From assembly GCF_001194135.2 (NCBI RefSeq), contig NC_068992.1, positions 22,446,242 through 22,490,237 on the forward strand: 43,996 nt of DNA, given 5' to 3'. The DNA is from Octopus bimaculoides (Eukaryota). The notes beneath the pieces are model-generated. The model did not search any database. It was not told the DNA's origin and worked only from the letters and a program-made list of their open reading frames with translations. This document shows, piece by piece, positions 13,485-24,970 of this stretch. Position numbers and translations under genes: made by a program. Every line of letters begins with the position of its first letter. Position 1 is the stretch's first letter.

Positions 13485-13565
13485 TCATATTTGTAGAGAG
13501 AGAGAGAAAGAGAGGACTCATTCTCTCTTTCGCCACTATCGGTTTTTTATATATAATACGTATGA

Positions 13566-13602
<37 letters not shown>

Positions 13603-14029
13603 TGTGTTGTACGTCTGTATGTGATGATCTTGATATGCGTGGGTAACCAACATACACCCACACACGTACATATAAAAATTACCGTTTATAGCTATATTTT
13701 CTCGGCATTAGCAAGCCCATAATGGTTAACGAACCTTTAAAGTGAGTAACCTAACCTCACGGATTTTTGAACAAGTAATATGAAACAATATTTCATGATA
13801 TATATTTCATGATATTCATTTTCAACGTAGGAAGGGCCATTACATTCAGTAAAAAAAATATTCTGGAACTTACGTAGATATTTCATAGACATACTATTGC
13901 GCTTCACTAAAGCAAACGGTTGTAAACGGCAGTAGGATTTTCACAGATACAAGTTGCAAGAAATTAATTTCAACTTAGCTTTCGTGTATAATATAGAGAA
14001 AATGAGGAAATTTGTTTCTCTGTAGAATT

Positions 14030-14163
14030 ATGTATGCATGTATATATGTATGTATGTATGTATGCTAAATGTGTCGAAACAATTGTGATTAATAAATTCT
14101 CGTATATTCCATCTTCCGTCTTTCATTTGCGACACACACACATAGACACACACACACACACAC

Positions 14164-14207
<44 letters not shown>

Positions 14208-14295
14208 CATATACACATATATATATACGCGTCACACTGTTGAGAGACGTAAGTACATATGTATATGTACATATATATGTGTGTGTGTGTGTGTG

Positions 14296-14326
<31 letters not shown>

Positions 14327-14327
14327 A
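14030..14327. repeat. Compound (TATG)n/(CA)n/(TA)n/(TG)n/(CTAT)n microsatellites
   Basis: Directly visible. Confidence 0.95.
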
Positions 14328-14354
14328 CAATTTTGCAAGAGGAATGCTGACAAT

Positions 14355-14393
14355 GACTTGGACGTTTCGGATTTATCGACATCATCAGATGTC
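14355..14393 (-). ncRNA. Eroded hammerhead-ribozyme motif (perfect core, degenerate helices)
   Basis: Minus strand: GACAT-CTGATGA-TGTCGATAAATCC-GAAACGTC-CAAGTC. Confidence 0.5.
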
Positions 14394-15064
14394 TGATAAC
14401 GGCGGCAAACGGAAAATTCTAAGTTGTTGTAAATCTTTTATTCATAAAAATCAATATATATATCCTCTACGAAAAATGTATTTTGTGAAACTTCGGTTCA
14501 ACCTTATTCTTTAGAATAATAAAAAAAATCTCCGACATTGGCATGTTATTGCCATAAAGTGATTCTGATTTAAAAACTGAAGAGAGCCCTTCGCATGTGC
14601 TTCGGATGCATTTAGCGTTATCAGAACAGCAGTTGTCCTACCTCCGTTCCAGCAGTCATGTACAAAAACAGTAGTACGGACTAGAGTAATTTCCGTAATT
14701 AAAAATAAGTGGTATGAAAGATACCTTAAAATAAGCAAAGCTAAGTAAATAGAGAACTAATAGCAACTAGGTTTTAGTGTCATGCCAATTTCGGAGAATA
14801 TTAAAATTTGAGATCATCTTCTCTCATTTGGTGTTCATCGTACATTACCACGAGGCATATGTTTACTTTTCAGCGAAATTTTAATTAATTGAGGATGTAT
14901 CCACATTTTTGGTATTTAATATAACTTTCACTTGTCATTGTTGTTATTGTTGTTTTTGTTGTTGTTCTTTTTCTTTTCCTTTAACTTACCTTCTTGCCAC
15001 GCATACACACTCACACGCACACACATGCATATATATATATATATACATATGTGTGTGTGCACAT

Positions 15065-15137
<73 letters not shown>

Positions 15138-15290
15138 ACATAAAGGTGTCAGTCAGATTTTGTTTACACATGTTTGTGGATATTTAAGAAAGAAAAATAA
15201 GTAAAAATCTACAGGAGGCTTGTATAATAAAATTTATGCTAATATTAAGATCATAATGAAACAGAGAGTTGTATTAGAACATTATATAAG

Positions 15291-15340
15291 AAACTGAGGG
15301 TACCGGTTTCGCATCTTATGCTTATCAAACTTCCAAGGTC
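15291..15340 (-). ncRNA. Minimal hammerhead-ribozyme motif, U3-A8 variant (inverted LTR copy)
   Basis: Minus strand: TTGATAA (15322-15328), GCAT-AAG-ATGC helix II, GAAAC-CG-GTA, with palindromic ACCGGT at 15302-15307. Confidence 0.6.
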
Positions 15341-16030
15341 TCAGATTTTAGTACAGAGAGAATTTTTGTTAAATCATGGGAACGACATTTTTGTTGTTGA
15401 CAATAATTTTTGGAGTCAGAGGGATATAACTCTTTAATCCTTCTATAGGTAACTCTTCAATTTATCTGGAAATTACTATTTACTTTCAAACTATTGTTAG
15501 GGTTTTGAACTGATATTCTTAATGTATACGGTGCACAGTCAACAAATAGCTTCACTGTAATATCGCCAGATATAACTCAGCGAACATATTGACGTATGAG
15601 CTAAACAATTACAACCACAATTCTATATATTCCCTCAGTACAAATTTGCTGACTGGGCCTAAACGCAAGCTCGTCTTAAAGAAGCATCATTCAGCCAGAA
15701 ATATAAACCAGAACTGAATATTAATTCATTTTAGTAACAACCAACCCCCACTAGAACAGAACAACAATCAGTTCTTCTCTTTACCCTTGAAATATTTGTA
15801 GACAACCCCTAAAACTTGTGTATATACATCTCACAGATCTGTACACATTAAGAATACCAGTCCAAAAACTCTAACAATGCTTTGAAAGTAACTTGTAATT
15901 TTCAGATAAAGGGAAGTGTTACTTTCAGAAAAATTAAAGAGTTACATCCCTTTGACCGCAAAAATTATTGTCAACAACAAAAATGGCGTCCCCATGATTC
16001 ACCAAAAATTCTTTCCGTACTGAAATCTGA

Positions 16031-16077
16031 GAGCTTGTAAGTTTGATAAGCGTAAGACGCGAAACTGGTCCTCCCAG
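16031..16077 (+). ncRNA. Minimal hammerhead-ribozyme motif, U3-A8 variant (3' LTR copy)
   Basis: TTGATAA (16043-16049), GCGT-AAG-ACGC (16050-16060), GAAAC-TG-GTC (16061-16070). Predicted cleavage after 16070. Confidence 0.6.
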
Positions 16078-16154
16078 TTTATTGTATCATGTAATACAAC
16101 TCTTTGGTTCATAATGATCTTAATATTAGAATAAATTTTATTATACAAACCACT

Positions 16155-16303
16155 TTTTGCGTTTTTACATCTATGAACTCGAAATCGATATACGGTTAAA
16201 CCTTTTTTCTATAAAACTTATTTATTCACTTTCTTTGCCTTCAATCCGTGCAAAGCGCTATTTGGCGTCTATCACCAGCTTGTGGCTGTACTCGTTAGTG
16301 CCC
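16155..16303. repeat. Unclassified dispersed repeat ending in TTAGTGCCC (copy 1)
   Basis: Collinear with 17583-17750 (CGAAATCGATAT...TTTATTCA...TTCAATCCGTGCAAA...ATTTGGCGTCTAT...TACTC.TTAGTGCCC). Confidence 0.7.
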
Positions 16304-16441
<138 letters not shown>

Positions 16442-17582
16442 NNNNNNNNNNNNNNNNNNNNNNNNNNNNNNNNNNNNNNNNNNNNNNNNNNNNNNNNNNN
16501 NNNNNNNNNNNNNNNNNNNNNNNNNNNNNNNNNNNNNNNNNNNNNNNNNNNNNNNNNNNNNNNNNNNNNNNNNNNNNNNNNNNNNNNNNNNNNNNNNNNN
16601 NNNNNNNNNNNNNNNNNNNNNNNNNNNNNNNNNNNNNNNNNNNNNNNNNNNNNNNNNNNNNNNNNNNNNNNNNNNNNNNNNNNNNNNNNNNNNNNNNNNN
16701 NNNNNNNNNNNNNNNNNNNNNNNNNNNNNNNNNNNNNNNNNNNNNNNNNNNNNNNNNNNNNNNNNNNNNNNNNNNNNNNNNNNNNNNNNNNNNNNNNNNN
16801 NNNNNNNNNNNNNNNNNNNNNNNNNNNNNNNNNNNNNNNNNNNNNNNNNNNNNNNNNNNNNNNNNNNNNNNNNNNNNNNNNNNNNNNNNNNNNNNNNNNN
16901 NNNNNNNNNNNNNNNNNNNNNNNNNNNNNNNNNNNNNNNNNNNNNNNNNNNNNNNNNNNNNNNNNNNNNNNNNNNNNNNNNNNNNNNNNNNNNNNNNNNN
17001 NNNNNNNNNNNNNNNNNNNNNNNNNNNNNNNNNNNNNNNNNNNNNNNNNNNNNNNNNNNNNNNNNNNNNNNNNNNNNNNNNNNNNNNNNNNNNNNNNNAG
17101 TGGTAGAGGGAGAAAGAGAGGAAATACGAGGGGGAAAAGGAGATACGTAGTAGTAACAGAGGAAGAACGAGGGGGGGGGGAGAAAGGAAAGAGAAAGAGA
17201 TAAAGTAGCGTCGGAGGATAAGTTTACGAAAACTACTTACAATTTTTGTGAGACGCTATATATATATATATATATATAATTATATATATTTTTTATTAAA
17301 TATTATTTATAGATGCTGAGTACTTGATAAAAATTTTTAAAGATTTTATTCTTAATTATCAAATAAATAAATAAATAAATATAAATTGTTCTGACCGGAA
17401 TATTCCCAACGGTATAATTGTCGATCGTATACGCACGTGTTGAGGTGGATGAATTAGATTTAGCTCATATATAAATCTAGACATTTGTGGATATGACTAT
17501 GGATACGTGGTATTCGTACTGGTATGTGTAAATGTTTGTTTTTATGTGTAAATAGTCGCACCATACTGAAATGGGTCGGAAG

Positions 17583-17750
17583 GTTTTACATGTCTAAACC
17601 CGAAATCGATATGCGCTAAACCATTTAAAAAAAATAAATCCTGTTTATTCATTCTCCCCGCTTTCAATCCGTGCAAAAGCAGCAAATAACTGTAGTTCTT
17701 AGTGCCATTTGGCGTCTATATCTAGCATGTGGGCCTACTCATTAGTGCCC
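17583..17750. repeat. Unclassified dispersed repeat ending in TTAGTGCCC (copy 2)
   Basis: Same orientation and same terminus as 16155-16303. Confidence 0.7.
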
Positions 17751-18992
17751 CTACTATGATATATATATATATATTTCTATATACTTAGGCTTTATATATA
17801 TACTTATATATATATATATATATATATNNNNNNNNNNNNNNNNNNNNNNNNNNNNNNNNNNNNNNNNNNNNNNNNNNNNNNNNNNNNNNNNNNNNNNNNN
17901 NNNNNNNNNNNNNNNNNNNNNNNNNNNNNNNNNNNNNNNNNNNNNNNNNNNNNNNNNNNNNNNATTTTTACACACAGAGACAAGCACACATATGCGCATA
18001 TGTATGTATATATGTATGTATGTATCTATCTATATCTATTTATAGGCAACATCGAGGAACTCACTTATGTTTCACCAGAGAAAAAAATTTCAAAGAAGCG
18101 AAATATTTCTCGATATATTCTGTCACTGCAATTCCCTGATCTTTCTCATCTCTTTTATCTCATTGTTTCAACATTTTATTGTCCGCTTGTATAACATTAT
18201 TTTTACTTCCCACTTACATAAATCAGATTCTAGTTGTTACATTACAAATCATCGTCTTCCACATCTAAATATTTGTTGCGTAGCAACTCCAGTAAAATAT
18301 AGTAAATATGGTTCCTTTCACATGTCTAAAGTTGGTAAATTTGTAATATTTTCCAAATGTCAAATTTTTATTTTTAACCTTAATTCTCATCGAAGGATTT
18401 ATTTACTGAAAATGTTAAAGTTTCCAACTCCGTCCATTTTGTTTCTATTTCTATAAACAATATTTATGATTATTTGTGAAATGTTTCAATATTAAAAGTC
18501 GTATCGTTTTCGACAAATATTTTCTGTTGGTTTAGTTTAATTTCTGTTCGTTGCATAGTCCAGCGTCTTGTTTTCATTCCCTGTCTTTTCTTTCTAGGCT
18601 TTGTTTCGTCTTGTGATAGTGGCTTCTAAGCACAAACTTACACAGAAATTTGTATTTCTTCTTTATATATTGAATCTATCAAGACAATTATAAAACATTT
18701 AGGAAGATCATCTGAAATGCTTGTTAACACATACCCCTCTATATGTCTTCTATCCCTCCTATAACTCTATATCTCTTATATCTCTTCTATCTGCCTTGCC
18801 TCATCACCTTATGAGATAAATATTAAGTCTTTAATTTATTTTTAAACCATAAGCTAATAAATCCCCTAATAGTTAATTCTAACTCCTACTCCTAAATAAT
18901 TTAACATTCAACTAGTTCTCCCATTCTCGACTACCCACACACCATAACCCCATTGCAAAAAAACAACTTTACAGATTCATAACGTATATATA

Positions 18993-19427
18993 TAGGCGTA
19001 GACCGTGTGACAACTAGTTTGCTTACCAGCCACATGCTTCAGGGTTCAGTCCTACTTTGTGGCACCTTGGGCAAGTGTATTATACTTTAGCCTCGGGCCG
19101 ATCATAGCATTGTGAGTGGGTTTGGTAGACGGAAACTGAAAGAAACGCGTCGTGTATATATGTATATATATGTATATATATGTGTGTGTGTGTGTGCGTG
19201 TGTATGTATGTATGTGTAAATGTTTGTGTGTGTGTCTTTGTCTCCACACTATCGCTTGACAACCGATCGTGGTGTGTTTACATCCCCGTGATAGTGGTTC
19301 GGTCAAAGGGGCCGATGAAATAAGTACTAGGCTTACAAAGAATAAGTTCTGAGGTCGATTCGTTCGACTAAAGGTGATGCACAAGCATGACCGTAGTCAA
19401 ATGACTGAAACAAGTAAAATAATAAAG
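18993..19427 (+). mobile_element. Full-length tRNA-derived CORE-type SINE (family C)
   Basis: tRNA-like head with GGGTTCAGTCC B box, then GCACCTTGGGCAAGTG (MIR/CORE-like ACCTTGGGCAAGT), internal (TA/TG)n, and tail ending GACTGAAACAAGTAAAA. Confidence 0.85.
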
Positions 19428-19441
19428 TGTATATACATACA

Positions 19442-19506
<65 letters not shown>

Positions 19507-21394
19507 NNNNNNNNNNNNNNNNNNNNNNNNNNNNNNNNNNNNNNNNNNNNNNNNNNNNNNNNNNNNNNNNNNNNNNNNNNNNNNNNNNNNNNNNNNNNNN
19601 NNNNNNNNNNNNNNNNNNNNNNNNNNNNNNNNNNNNNNNNNNNNNNNNNNNNNNNNNNNNNNNNNNNNNNNNNNNNNNNNNNNNNNNNNNNNNNNNNNNN
19701 NNNNNNNNNNNNNNNNNNNNNNNNNNNNNNNNNNNNNNNNNNNNNNNNNNNNNNNNNNNNNNNNNNNNNNNNNNNNNNNNATATATATATATATATATAT
19801 ATACATGAAGTGTGCAATAGGAGGGGAAGAGGGGAATAGGCAAAGAGTGAGAGCCTAGATTGAGTAGTATACAGAAATCGAATTTTCAATGACAGAAAGG
19901 AGAAAAATCAATGGTGCCATCCATTCTGCTCTATAAGTATATCAGTTTTATCATTTAAATTGAACGCTGACGTTTGTGGTAAAGAAAAAAAAGTTACATA
20001 TATTCTTCGCAAAAATAGTACAGCTTAATCTCTCTTGAGAATTGCGACGAGCGTTGTAGCTGTAAATATCAACCGCTGACAGATCAATGTGAAACTCCGT
20101 CATTGTTTGGCAGGATTAAATTGTCAGGAAAATGACCATGATACATCAGAGTTGCTGGCTTCGACTTCTGAAATCCATGAAAATCATTAGACTTGACATA
20201 ACACTGACAGTTGTGTGTATTGATACATATTTCCATCCATATTTATACGACGTATTTATAGTACTAGCTTTGCATTAGTATGTTTTGTGCGTATGTATAT
20301 TATTTAGATATGTGTACATGCGATAATTTCTTGATGCATATGAAACGAATCAGAATGCTTCACAATCTCCATCTCCTCATCCGTTAGCGTCCTAAAAATA
20401 AAGAATTTATCCTCTATATACATAAATTTCTATTATTGTTACCTACTTCCTGTAAAGATTTGTAGCCTAAGCTCTCCCAGTGTGCAGATGTAGCATCTTA
20501 TCAATAAATTTGCTATGGATTATCGTTAATTAGCTGTGGTTAGTTAATTATCCCTCTTCAATCATTGAAAAGTCGCTGGGTACTCCAATGTTTAGATGGA
20601 ATTTAATTTTAGACTACGAATCAAGGGAACGCTTGTCGGTGTTATTATAGTGCCATCGTTGGCTACTATGGTACTATCCACCACGGTGAACATCACGATC
20701 TCGAATAGATATCCATTCAAGGATATTGTCGTGAAATAAAACAGTATTCCCGTTGCTGTACTTTCCTGTGCTTGTTTCTACATTACTAAATCCGTGTCTC
20801 TATTTGGTCAAACCACCTTCGTGAAATAACAACCAAATTTCAATCAATTCACAACCTACCATCTTCATTTGCCTGTCTAAAGCATAAGGTTTTCTTAATT
20901 GTCCACGTTTCATTTCAGACTTTTAGCTAGCTCCTCTTTCACAGGTTCTGTGTAATACAAGCCTTTCATTCCGCAAGTCGCAAGTTAATCTGGTGGTTGA
21001 AGAAAATATTGGGAATCTGTATCATATATGATGAACGGACGCCAGGGAAGTATATCCACATGTCCTTTTTCTTCCTAAGAAACAAAAGTGACGGGAACGT
21101 AACGCCAGGAAGTCATTTCTTTGGTCCAGATGACCTTAAGTTAAAAATAACTATTGAGACCATTAGAAAATCTAAAACTAAAGCAATAATTATGTCATGT
21201 TTTATGTTATTTATATCGTAAACTTTGAAGAATAACGTTGTGGTTGTACAGTACCAACGTGACGCTCACAGTTTCACTGTAATGCTACTGACGAAGGGTG
21301 TTTTCAGTTTATTCTGTGTCTCACTTATATATCTTTCTCCAACATACAAAAGTGGAATCAGAAAATACAAGCTCCACCTACATACATGCACGTA

Positions 21395-21490
21395 GCGTCT
21401 ATGGTAAATGCTACATACCCAATGTACAGCGCATTGGGATCGAATCCGCAGAGAAGATCTGGTGAAGCAAATGTCTTAGCTACATTCATA
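21395..21490 (-). mobile_element. Degenerate family-C SINE head
   Basis: Minus strand: GCTAAGACATTTGCTT...GGATTCGATCCCAATGCGCTGTACATTGGG. Confidence 0.55.
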
Positions 21491-22489
21491 CACTTATTTA
21501 TAAAACGAAACTGTATGTATGATTAAAAGTTTCACTGTCACTGAAACACAATAACCTTACAAAATTTCATTACCTCTTATATATACGAAACATCTCTAGC
21601 TACTAAAAATAACAGCAGCATTTCGCTGAAGTTACTTACAACAATTTTAAGATAATGGCCCATTGGATCTAGTCGAAGGTTCACTATACATGGTACAACT
21701 CTTTTCTTCCATCTCTCTACTCTCTCACACTTTCGTAAGTTTGTTTTTACCATACAATCGATATGTACTACTTGTGTTTCGCATTTGGGTAGTACATGTT
21801 ATTAAGGGTATCTAATAGCGAAAAATTCTCAATAACGAAACAAAATAGAGAAAAATTCTCAATAACGAAACGAAAAAGATAACTATCTTATTCCTGCAAA
21901 TATGGACGTGCATCTAAATCATTAAAATAACTTTGTATCTGATGGAAGGTCATATAAGTTCTTAAGTAGAACAGATATACCATTCATCTAACTATATTTG
22001 GTTTCCAAGGTAATTTGTAAAACTTTTGTTTCTAATGAAATATAAAAATGTCAATGTAAGTGCGAGTTGCCATCCGAGTCAACTGACAAAAATAGATGGC
22101 AACAGTTGAATATAAATATATATATCAATGATACATTAATAGATGGTTTGAAGAAAACATTTACATTAAAATATTGCTTTCATATGTGAACTGTCAGTGG
22201 AAATTTTGAATAATTTTTCTTTGAAGTCTATTTATATGTCAGAACATAAAATAAATCGCTGAAGATGGTGCCTAAAGAATTGTAATCAAGATTGAGAAAT
22301 ATATTGTACGAAAAACAATCTCTGAAGAAAATTTAAGCAAGAACAAACTACACATGTTCATATGGAAGATGGAGTTAATGACATTTTGAATATGATGGAT
22401 GAATAGGAAAAATATTAAATAATCCAAGAATACGTATTGATGTGTTAAGCGAAATCATTGAGATGATAGAATTGTTACATTTCACACAA

Positions 22490-22668
22490 AATGTTTTGCG
22501 TCGTTTCGTTGTCTTTTGAATTCAAATGTTGCTGAGACCGACAGTGAATCCTTTCAGGGACAATAAAAGAAATAAAATAACTACCAGTGGTGCATTGAGT
22601 TGTCGATGTAATCGACTTTTACCCTCTGAAAATAAATTGCTAACCTTGTGCCAAAATTAGAAAAACTA
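22490..22668 (+). mobile_element. Old SINE family A copy
   Basis: TTCAAAT B-box remnant, ACTACCAGT, GTCGATGTAATCGAC, CCTTGTGCCAAAATTAGAAA tail. Confidence 0.65.
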
Positions 22669-23477
22669 TTATGTATTAAGCCAGTGTTTATAGCAAACAT
22701 TTCTCCAGTGAAATTATCATTGAAGATTTTCGTTTACATATTTAATAGTTTAAAAGTTATATCCTTTTTTTCTATTAATGTACCAAATGCATCCACAGAA
22801 GAGTTGGCATAGAAGACTTAAGCATGTTTCAAATGAAGGGGAGGGAGTAGATAACAATAAAGAAAGTTGTAAAAGAGTAATGTATGTTCATGTCTCCAAC
22901 ATACAATGTCATTTGTGTTTTCGTTTAAAAATATATTACCCATCATTCTATATATTGATCCTGCATAATAAATACGTCTGCTACATGTCATATTGCTTGT
23001 TGATGTTACATTCTTACTGTCAAGGCTTCTATCTTTATTTAATCACCCCCTAATAAAGTTTAGAAATAAGAAATGAAAGAAATACTTGTTGGTTGTTGTT
23101 TAGAATTGACATAAATTTTTTTTTATTTGCTGTTTCCACTGTCCACGCAGCTGAAGTCGTTTTGGAATTACAAATGCTGACATGTTAAGAAAATAGAAAA
23201 CTTCCTATAGTCTATTTTCTGTCAACTGGAATTATTTCGTCATTGATCCATCTAAAATTGTGGATATATTTGTTGAAATCAATATTCTTTTCTTGTCTCT
23301 CAGAGGCCACTATGTTTAACATTACGGTTATCAAGTATAAAAGAATGGAAGTATTGTAAGAGCAACTGCATTGGTGCATGAACAACGTTACTAACATTAA
23401 ACCAAAACAGAAAACGTTATATATTTAAAATATTTCTGTCATTATTGCTTTGTCAAGAAACCTAGGAATTTGGTTAT

Positions 23478-23845
23478 ATGCACTCGCTGTCATCATCATC
23501 ATCATCATCGTCGTCGTCATCGTGATCATCATCATCATCGCCATCATCATCGCCATCATCATCGCCATCATCATCGCCATCATCATCGCCATCATCATCG
23601 CCATCATCGTCGTCGTCGTCGTTGTCGTCGTCGTCGTCATCGTCATCATCATCATCATTGCCATCCAAGTCATCATCATCGTTGCCGTTGTCATCACCAT
23701 CACCATTGTTATATTTATTGTCGTCGTCACCATCGCCATTGATTCTTATCATCATCATCATCATCTTCTTCATCATCATCATCATCATCATCATCGATTC
23801 TTATCAGCTTCATCATCATCATCATCATCATCGATTCTTATCAGC

Positions 23846-23878
<33 letters not shown>

Positions 23879-23915
23879 TATTCTTATCAGCTTCATCATC
23901 ATCATCATCATCACC
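23478..23915. repeat. Long (CAT/CGT)n array with 9-mer and about 30-36-mer higher-order units
   Basis: (CATCATCGC)n at about 23530-23605; ATTCTTATC(AGCTT)(CAT)n four times at 23741-23915. Confidence 0.95.
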
Positions 23916-24170
23916 ATGATCGTAGCCGTCATCGTTTCAACACCTGTCTCTCAATATTGAAAACGTTTAGACAGATCTTGCAGTGCATCCTTTCAATCCA
24001 GCCTAACCTCGTCCGTGAAAAACAATATCCGTCGGCTCGATCTTTCCAGAAAATTTGCTCCTTGATTGCTTTCGTTGTACCACTGTCCACACACAGGTTT
24101 TCTTTACAGCAAACACCGACTCTTCTCACCATATATTTTTACCCGAGAAGCGACTTGCCTAACGTATGTA
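23916..24170 (-). mobile_element. Probable old family-B retroposon 3' end whose (GAT)n tail expanded into the adjacent array
   Basis: CATCGTTTCAAC junction and CCTAACG at 24158-24164 resemble the copy at 43722; similarity is weak. Confidence 0.4.
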
Positions 24171-24399
24171 CTGCGCTATAAATTAAATTCATATTATTAA
24201 TCTCATTGTATTTTTCTCCTTTGTACTATGTTTCCAGCTTAGGTTGCCTTGATCTCACACAGTTTATTATACGACAGTCTATATCTTTCTGGCGTCTATG
24301 GTCATAGTGCGATGATGGTGTATATAGTGAGATGTATAGGTGATTGTTTTAACGATCATGGTGGCGATGGAAACGACGATTACAATAACAATGAAATTG

Positions 24400-24970
24400 A
24401 TGGTGATGCTGACGATCAGGACGATGATGGTGGTGGTGGTAGTGATAATCATTATGGTGGTGGTGGTGGTGATGTTAGTGGTTATGATGACGCCGGATGA
24501 TACGGATTTTGTTACAGAAACTGTTTGAAGCTATTCCAGCACCATCATCAACAAAGATGATGGACGTCGTAGAAGCAAGAAGACATCGTTTCTATGATGA
24601 TGATGATGATGATGATAATGCGGCGATGATAGCGTCGACTACGACAATGATGATGATGTTGTGGATATTCATATTCAGGATAATAATGGCTGTGAAGAGA
24701 ATTATGATGACGACTACGATGATGATGATGATGGTGATGATGATGGTGATGATGATGATGGTGATGATGATGATGGTGATGATGATGATGGTGATGATGA
24801 TGATGGTGATGGTGATGATGGTGATGATGATGATGGTGATGATGATGATGGTGATGGTGATGATGGTGATGGTAATGATGGTAAATATGATGATGATGGT
24901 GGGATGTTTTCGGTGGTGATGATGTTGATGATGTTGGTGATGACGACGATAGGGATGGTGACGACGACGA
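24400..24970. repeat. Long (GAT/GGT)n array
   Basis: Directly visible; includes GATGATGATGGT 12-mer units. Confidence 0.95.

Larger units (their letters stand above)
15220..16149 (+). mobile_element. 5'-truncated Penelope-like element: inverted LTR + GIY-YIG C-terminus + 3' LTR
   Basis: 15220-15530 is the reverse complement of 15840-16149 (about 80-85% by eye). 15531-15734 translates VHSQQIASL*YRQI*LSEHIDV*AKQLQPQFYIFPQYKFADWA*TQARLKEASFSQKYKPELN, resembling the PLE GIY-YIG end (F.IFPFYK...KE..FI.KYKP.LN). The LTR contains a hammerhead motif and a downstream AATAAA. Confidence 0.8.

Noticed and set aside
13870-13902. 33-nt minus-strand micro-exon candidate (TTTAG...C|GTAAGT)
   Set aside because: Good splice signals, but too short to evaluate and phase-incompatible with the neighbouring candidates.
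14577-14612. CTGAAGA-GAGC...GCTT-CGGAT
   Set aside because: GAAA is absent; too many changes are needed.
20036-20135. Cys-spaced peptides ENCDERCSCK and HCLAGLNCQE resembling an EGF repeat
   Set aside because: They are in different frames, there are no splice sites, and spacing is wrong for laminin-type EGF.
21829-21870. Direct duplication of GAAAAATTCTCAATAACGAAAC; likewise the 12-mer ATTAACAACATA three times at about 26200-26237
   Set aside because: Ordinary local slippage; only 2-3 units with no spacer diversity, so not CRISPR-like.
22071-22420. GTTGCCATC/GATGGCAAC inverted 9-mer and a possible DNA-transposon 5' region
   Set aside because: No TIR, TSD or transposase motif could be identified.
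23450-24181. 243-aa ORF and overlapping His-, Asp- and Met-rich ORFs (also 24497-24990)
   Set aside because: Products of stop-free triplet microsatellites read in several frames; no splice or domain support despite a superficial likeness to His-rich cephalopod structural proteins.
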